Made by a program: the position numbers and the translations under genes. Positions 16,868 to 20,000 of a stretch of DNA of 20,000 bases are shown here, in pieces. The notes beneath the pieces are model-generated. The model was not told the DNA's origin and did no database searches. It saw only the letters and a program-made list of their open reading frames with translations. Every line of letters starts with the position of its first letter. Position 1 is the stretch's first letter. The DNA is taken from sequence record DRR723986_4789; one strand, given 5' to 3'.

Positions 16868-19639
16868 TTACGCTGCGTTGAGCAGTGTCGACTGGAGATT
16901 GGCGGAACTCATGGGGCGCCCGAAAAGATAGCCCTGACCGTACTTGCAGCCCAGTTCACGAAGCCGCTCAGCCTGTTCAACGGTTTCGATGCCCTCGACG
17001 ATGACGGACATTCCATAGCCCTTCGCCATATGCAGAACTGCCTCGATTACGGAGATGTCCTGTTTGCTGGCGATCGACTGGCGAACAAATGTCTTGTCGA
17101 GCTTGATCTTCGAGAACGGATATTTGGGCAGGTAGCCGAGTGAAGAATAGCCGGTCCCGAAGTCGTCCAGTGAGAAGCTGCAGCCGAACGCCCGCATTTC
17201 TTCCATGGCAAACTTCAGGTCGAGCGTTTCATCGATGAACAGGGATTCCGTGATCTCGAGATCCAAGCGGTCCGAAGGGAAGCCGGTTCGTTGCAGCGCC
17301 TCGCCGACAGTGGCAACAAGATTGCCGCGGCTGAACTGTATGGCTGACACATTGATGGACAGACGAAGGTGGCTCGACCAGGTCAGCGCTTCCTTCATTC
17401 CCCTGTTCAATGCCCAGGCCCCCAATTCAACGATATAACCGTTCTCCTCGGCAATCGGGACAAACTCGGCGGGCGAGATCGGCCCCAGTTCCCGATGGTC
17501 CCATCGCAGCAACGCTTCAACGCCGAAGATCGACCGGTCGGCCAGATTGGTGAGTGGCTGATAGACCATGTGCAGCTCGTCGCGGACGATAGCCTTGAAG
17601 AGTTCCGTCTCCAGTTGGCGCCGGCGCTGTAGCGCTGCGTCCATCTCCGGCAGAAAACGCAGGACCGGCGACCGGTTGTTTCGCCGGACCTTGGCAAGGG
17701 CATTGCCGGATTTCTTCAAAAGATGCTCGGGTGTCATGTCTCCGCTGGTAACGATGTACCCGAACTTGAGCTGCACCGAGATTCTGGCGCCTTCGATCTT
17801 GTAGTCCTCGCCGATCACTTCCTGGAGCGACTCGATCAGCGCCAGATCCTGATCCGGCTCACAGCGAAATACGCCTGCAAAAACATCTGCTGTAATGGCT
17901 GCCCATGTCGTGCGAGCGGAAAGATGGCTTTTCAGACGCATCGCGACCGTTTCACGAAGCTGGTCACCGTAGGAAAATCCGAGCGAAGCAACGATCTGAT
18001 CGAAATTGGCAATTGCGAACTGAACCAGACATACTTCCTGGCCCGTGCCGCGAGCCAGCTTAAGCGTTGCGGCAACTTCTTCTTCAAAACCGTTCCGGTT
18101 GAAAAGCCCGGTGCTTGGATCGAACCGTGCGAGATAAGCAAGGCGTTCCGCGGATTCCTTTTCTTCCGTCACATCCCGACATGTCAGACAGGCGACCGCT
18201 TCGATTTCCATATCGCGCAGTTTTTTCGTTTTCGCGATCGTGCGTTCAGAGCGCGTGACGACATATTCGATAAACCGGCGTCTACCATCGTCCAGGCGCA
18301 TGTCCAGGATCTTGGTTACAGGCTGACGGTTTCCGGTGTCGGCAAGCACTGACAGAGCTTCCTCAACCAGTTCCAGCGGCAGTACATTCCTGGCAGGCTT
18401 ACCGACAAGAGCATCGCTTTGGAACAATGAGCGGGCCATTTGGCTTGCAGCGGAGACACGACCGTCATTCTGAACGACAACGATTGCATCAAAGCTGTCG
18501 TCGAAGACAAGTCCGAGCATACGCTCGCTGTTGCGGCGCCTGACGTTGGCGATGTGTGAGAGAAGCTTGTGAAAGCCCAGTTCCCGCAAGACGATGCTTG
18601 CGGCAGCCAACAGCAGAATGAAATGCGAACTTGCGGTCGGCACAAGGACGGGAGCCGACTTCTGGATGGCAATGGCACCAATTTCAAACATTAGCGCGCA
18701 GAGCGCCAGAATGCTGATCTTGAGGGCCCAGCCTTCGATTTTCGTCAGAAGCAGAGCGAAGAAAACAAGAAGTGCCCACAGGACCGCGATCCCCTCACCC
18801 CTGACTTCCATTGCCCTATTCTGCAACAGCGTTTCGGCCCCGAGTGCCTGAATTATACTTCCCGGCAAGACATCGTAGACGGGAACAGGAAACAGGTCTC
18901 GAAGCTCCTGCGCACTTGCACCGACGATCACCTTCTTGTCCAGAAACAGACCTGGGGCCGCTGACTTGTTCAGGACATCAACAAGCGATACCCGCTCCAT
19001 CTGTTCCAGTGAGATGCTGTAATCAATGCCGAAACTTCCGGCTGCGTCTCCGGTGTACTCGCCCAGGAGAGCCGCGGCAGAGATCTCCGAATTCCCATTG
19101 ATCTCGAAACCGTACAGATTTCGCCAGATGCGGCTGTCGGTTTCCATCGGAACCATGACGACGACCGGCCAGGCTACATTCAGAAACTGTTCGATCGGCT
19201 GGTTGACGACTTGCCCGGCATCCTGTTCAGCCGAAGCAGCTTGCAGGAACGTGGCAAGGCTGACGTTCCCGGCGCGCTCGATCGCGGCTGCAAACAGCGT
19301 GTCATCTTCAGGATTGGAAGTTGAGCTGAAATCGATGTCGAATACGATGTCGCGGGCGCCCGCTTCAGCCAGATGATCTGTCAGGTCGGCATAAAGACGG
19401 CGCGGCAATGGCCATACGCCAAGTTCATTCAGGCTTCTGGCATCGATATCCACGACCACGATGTCGCCGGAGACCGGTCTTTCGATCGTATGGAAACGAA
19501 ACTCCCAGAGAAACCGATCGAACGCCGTGGTCAGGGCAACCGTGCGCAGAACAGCCACGGCGGCGATCACGCCGACCACGATCAAGACCGCGCTCGCTAT
19601 CCGTTTCCGCTGTTCAGAGCTTCCGATCAGCACACCCAC
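16868..19639 (-). CDS. Membrane CHASE2-PAS-GGDEF(degenerate)-EAL protein, probable c-di-GMP phosphodiesterase
   Basis: N-terminal TM; CHASE2 motifs DIVVVDIDARSL...WPLPR...IVFDIDF and KKVIVG...LRDLFPVP...PG; three TMs; PAS-like FDAIVVVQNDGRV; ARFDPSTGLFNR with signature TADVF; intact EAL motifs EALLRW, LEITES, LDDFGTGYSSL, KLDKTF, EGIET, QGYLFG. Confidence 0.93.
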   Translation of the reverse strand: MGVLIGSSEQRKRIASAVLIVVGVIAAVAVLRTVALTTAFDRFLWEFRFHTIERPVSGDIVVVDIDARSLNELGVWPLPRRLYADLTDHLAEAGARDIVFDIDFSSTSNPEDDTLFAAAIERAGNVSLATFLQAASAEQDAGQVVNQPIEQFLNVAWPVVVMVPMETDSRIWRNLYGFEINGNSEISAAALLGEYTGDAAGSFGIDYSISLEQMERVSLVDVLNKSAAPGLFLDKKVIVGASAQELRDLFPVPVYDVLPGSIIQALGAETLLQNRAMEVRGEGIAVLWALLVFFALLLTKIEGWALKISILALCALMFEIGAIAIQKSAPVLVPTASSHFILLLAAASIVLRELGFHKLLSHIANVRRRNSERMLGLVFDDSFDAIVVVQNDGRVSAASQMARSLFQSDALVGKPARNVLPLELVEEALSVLADTGNRQPVTKILDMRLDDGRRRFIEYVVTRSERTIAKTKKLRDMEIEAVACLTCRDVTEEKESAERLAYLARFDPSTGLFNRNGFEEEVAATLKLARGTGQEVCLVQFAIANFDQIVASLGFSYGDQLRETVAMRLKSHLSARTTWAAITADVFAGVFRCEPDQDLALIESLQEVIGEDYKIEGARISVQLKFGYIVTSGDMTPEHLLKKSGNALAKVRRNNRSPVLRFLPEMDAALQRRRQLETELFKAIVRDELHMVYQPLTNLADRSIFGVEALLRWDHRELGPISPAEFVPIAEENGYIVELGAWALNRGMKEALTWSSHLRLSINVSAIQFSRGNLVATVGEALQRTGFPSDRLDLEITESLFIDETLDLKFAMEEMRAFGCSFSLDDFGTGYSSLGYLPKYPFSKIKLDKTFVRQSIASKQDISVIEAVLHMAKGYGMSVIVEGIETVEQAERLRELGCKYGQGYLFGRPMSSANLQSTLLNAA

Positions 19640-19709
19640 CGCCCACTTTCTCAGTCCGCACTTCAGGTGTCAGAGGCAAAGCCTTGCACCTGCGGTATCC
19701 TGATTACCG

Positions 19710-20000
19710 TCAGTTCTTGTTTTTTCCGTTTCCGTTTCCGGAATTGCCTTTGCCGTTTCCGCCGGCATTGTTGTTGCCGCTCCCGGAATTGCCATTGCCT
19801 GAGTTTCCGTTGCCGGAATTCCCGTTACCATTGCCACCGGAATTGCCGTTACCGTTGCCGCCGGAATTGTTGTTACCGCTTCCGGAATTACCATTTCCGT
19901 TGCCACCGGAATTGCCGTTACCGTTACCACCGGAATTCCCGTTGCCATTGCCTCCGGAATTGCCGTTACCGTTGCCACCGGAATTACCGTTTCCGTTGCC
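19710..20000 (-). CDS. C-terminal 96 aa of a protein with a Gly/Asn/Ser low-complexity tail; 5' part beyond the right edge
   Basis: The frame from base 20000 reads (GNGNGNSG)x5 SGNNNSG (GNGNGNSG)x2 NGNSG NGNSG SGNNNAG GNGKGNSG NGNGKNKN then TGA at 19712-19710. Repeat units differ mainly at synonymous positions in this frame. Confidence 0.85.
   Translation of the reverse strand, partial: GNGNGNSGGNGNGNSGGNGNGNSGGNGNGNSGGNGNGNSGSGNNNSGGNGNGNSGGNGNGNSGNGNSGNGNSGSGNNNAGGNGKGNSGNGNGKNKN
19725..20000 (-). repeat. Imperfect 24-bp coding tandem repeat (GGC AAC GGN AAY GGN AAT TCC GGN), with shorter 15- and 21-bp variants
   Basis: Recurrent ccggaatt / gccgttaccgtt units on the plus strand, about 12 units in view. 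Confidence 0.9.

Noticed and set aside
19670..19978. 102-aa ORF with TAIP/VAT repeats (MATVTAIPEA...)
   Set aside because: It is an off-frame reading of the Gly-Asn repeat; nucleotide variation is synonymous in the GNGNGNSG frame and non-synonymous in this one.
19725..20000. Possible CRISPR array or iteron cluster
   Set aside because: No unique spacers, unit lengths are multiples of three with wobble-position variation, and no cas or rep gene is nearby.

Overview
GC-rich, alphaproteobacterial-looking chromosomal segment (Hyphomicrobiales such as Roseibium/Labrenzia is my guess, not verified). Left arm, minus strand: part of a group 2/3-type capsule locus with an OPX (Wza/BexD-like) export lipoprotein, two tandem KpsS-like beta-Kdo transferases and a KpsC-like gene that runs off the left edge and is missing from the ORF track. 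Plus strand: AGE-family epimerase/isomerase, folD, tamA-tamB, a small XRE HTH regulator and gabD. Converging from the right: a CHASE2-PAS-degenerate GGDEF-EAL membrane protein, preceded by the 3' end of a gene ending in a long Gly-Asn-Ser repeat tail (also missed by the ORF track). No mobile element, CRISPR array or RNA gene is evident. The two most notable points are the atypical Kdo-linker gene set (duplicated kpsS plus a kpsC whose N-terminal module looks eroded) and the GNGNGNSG-repeat protein next to the CHASE2/EAL sensor. Neither is proven novel from this window alone.
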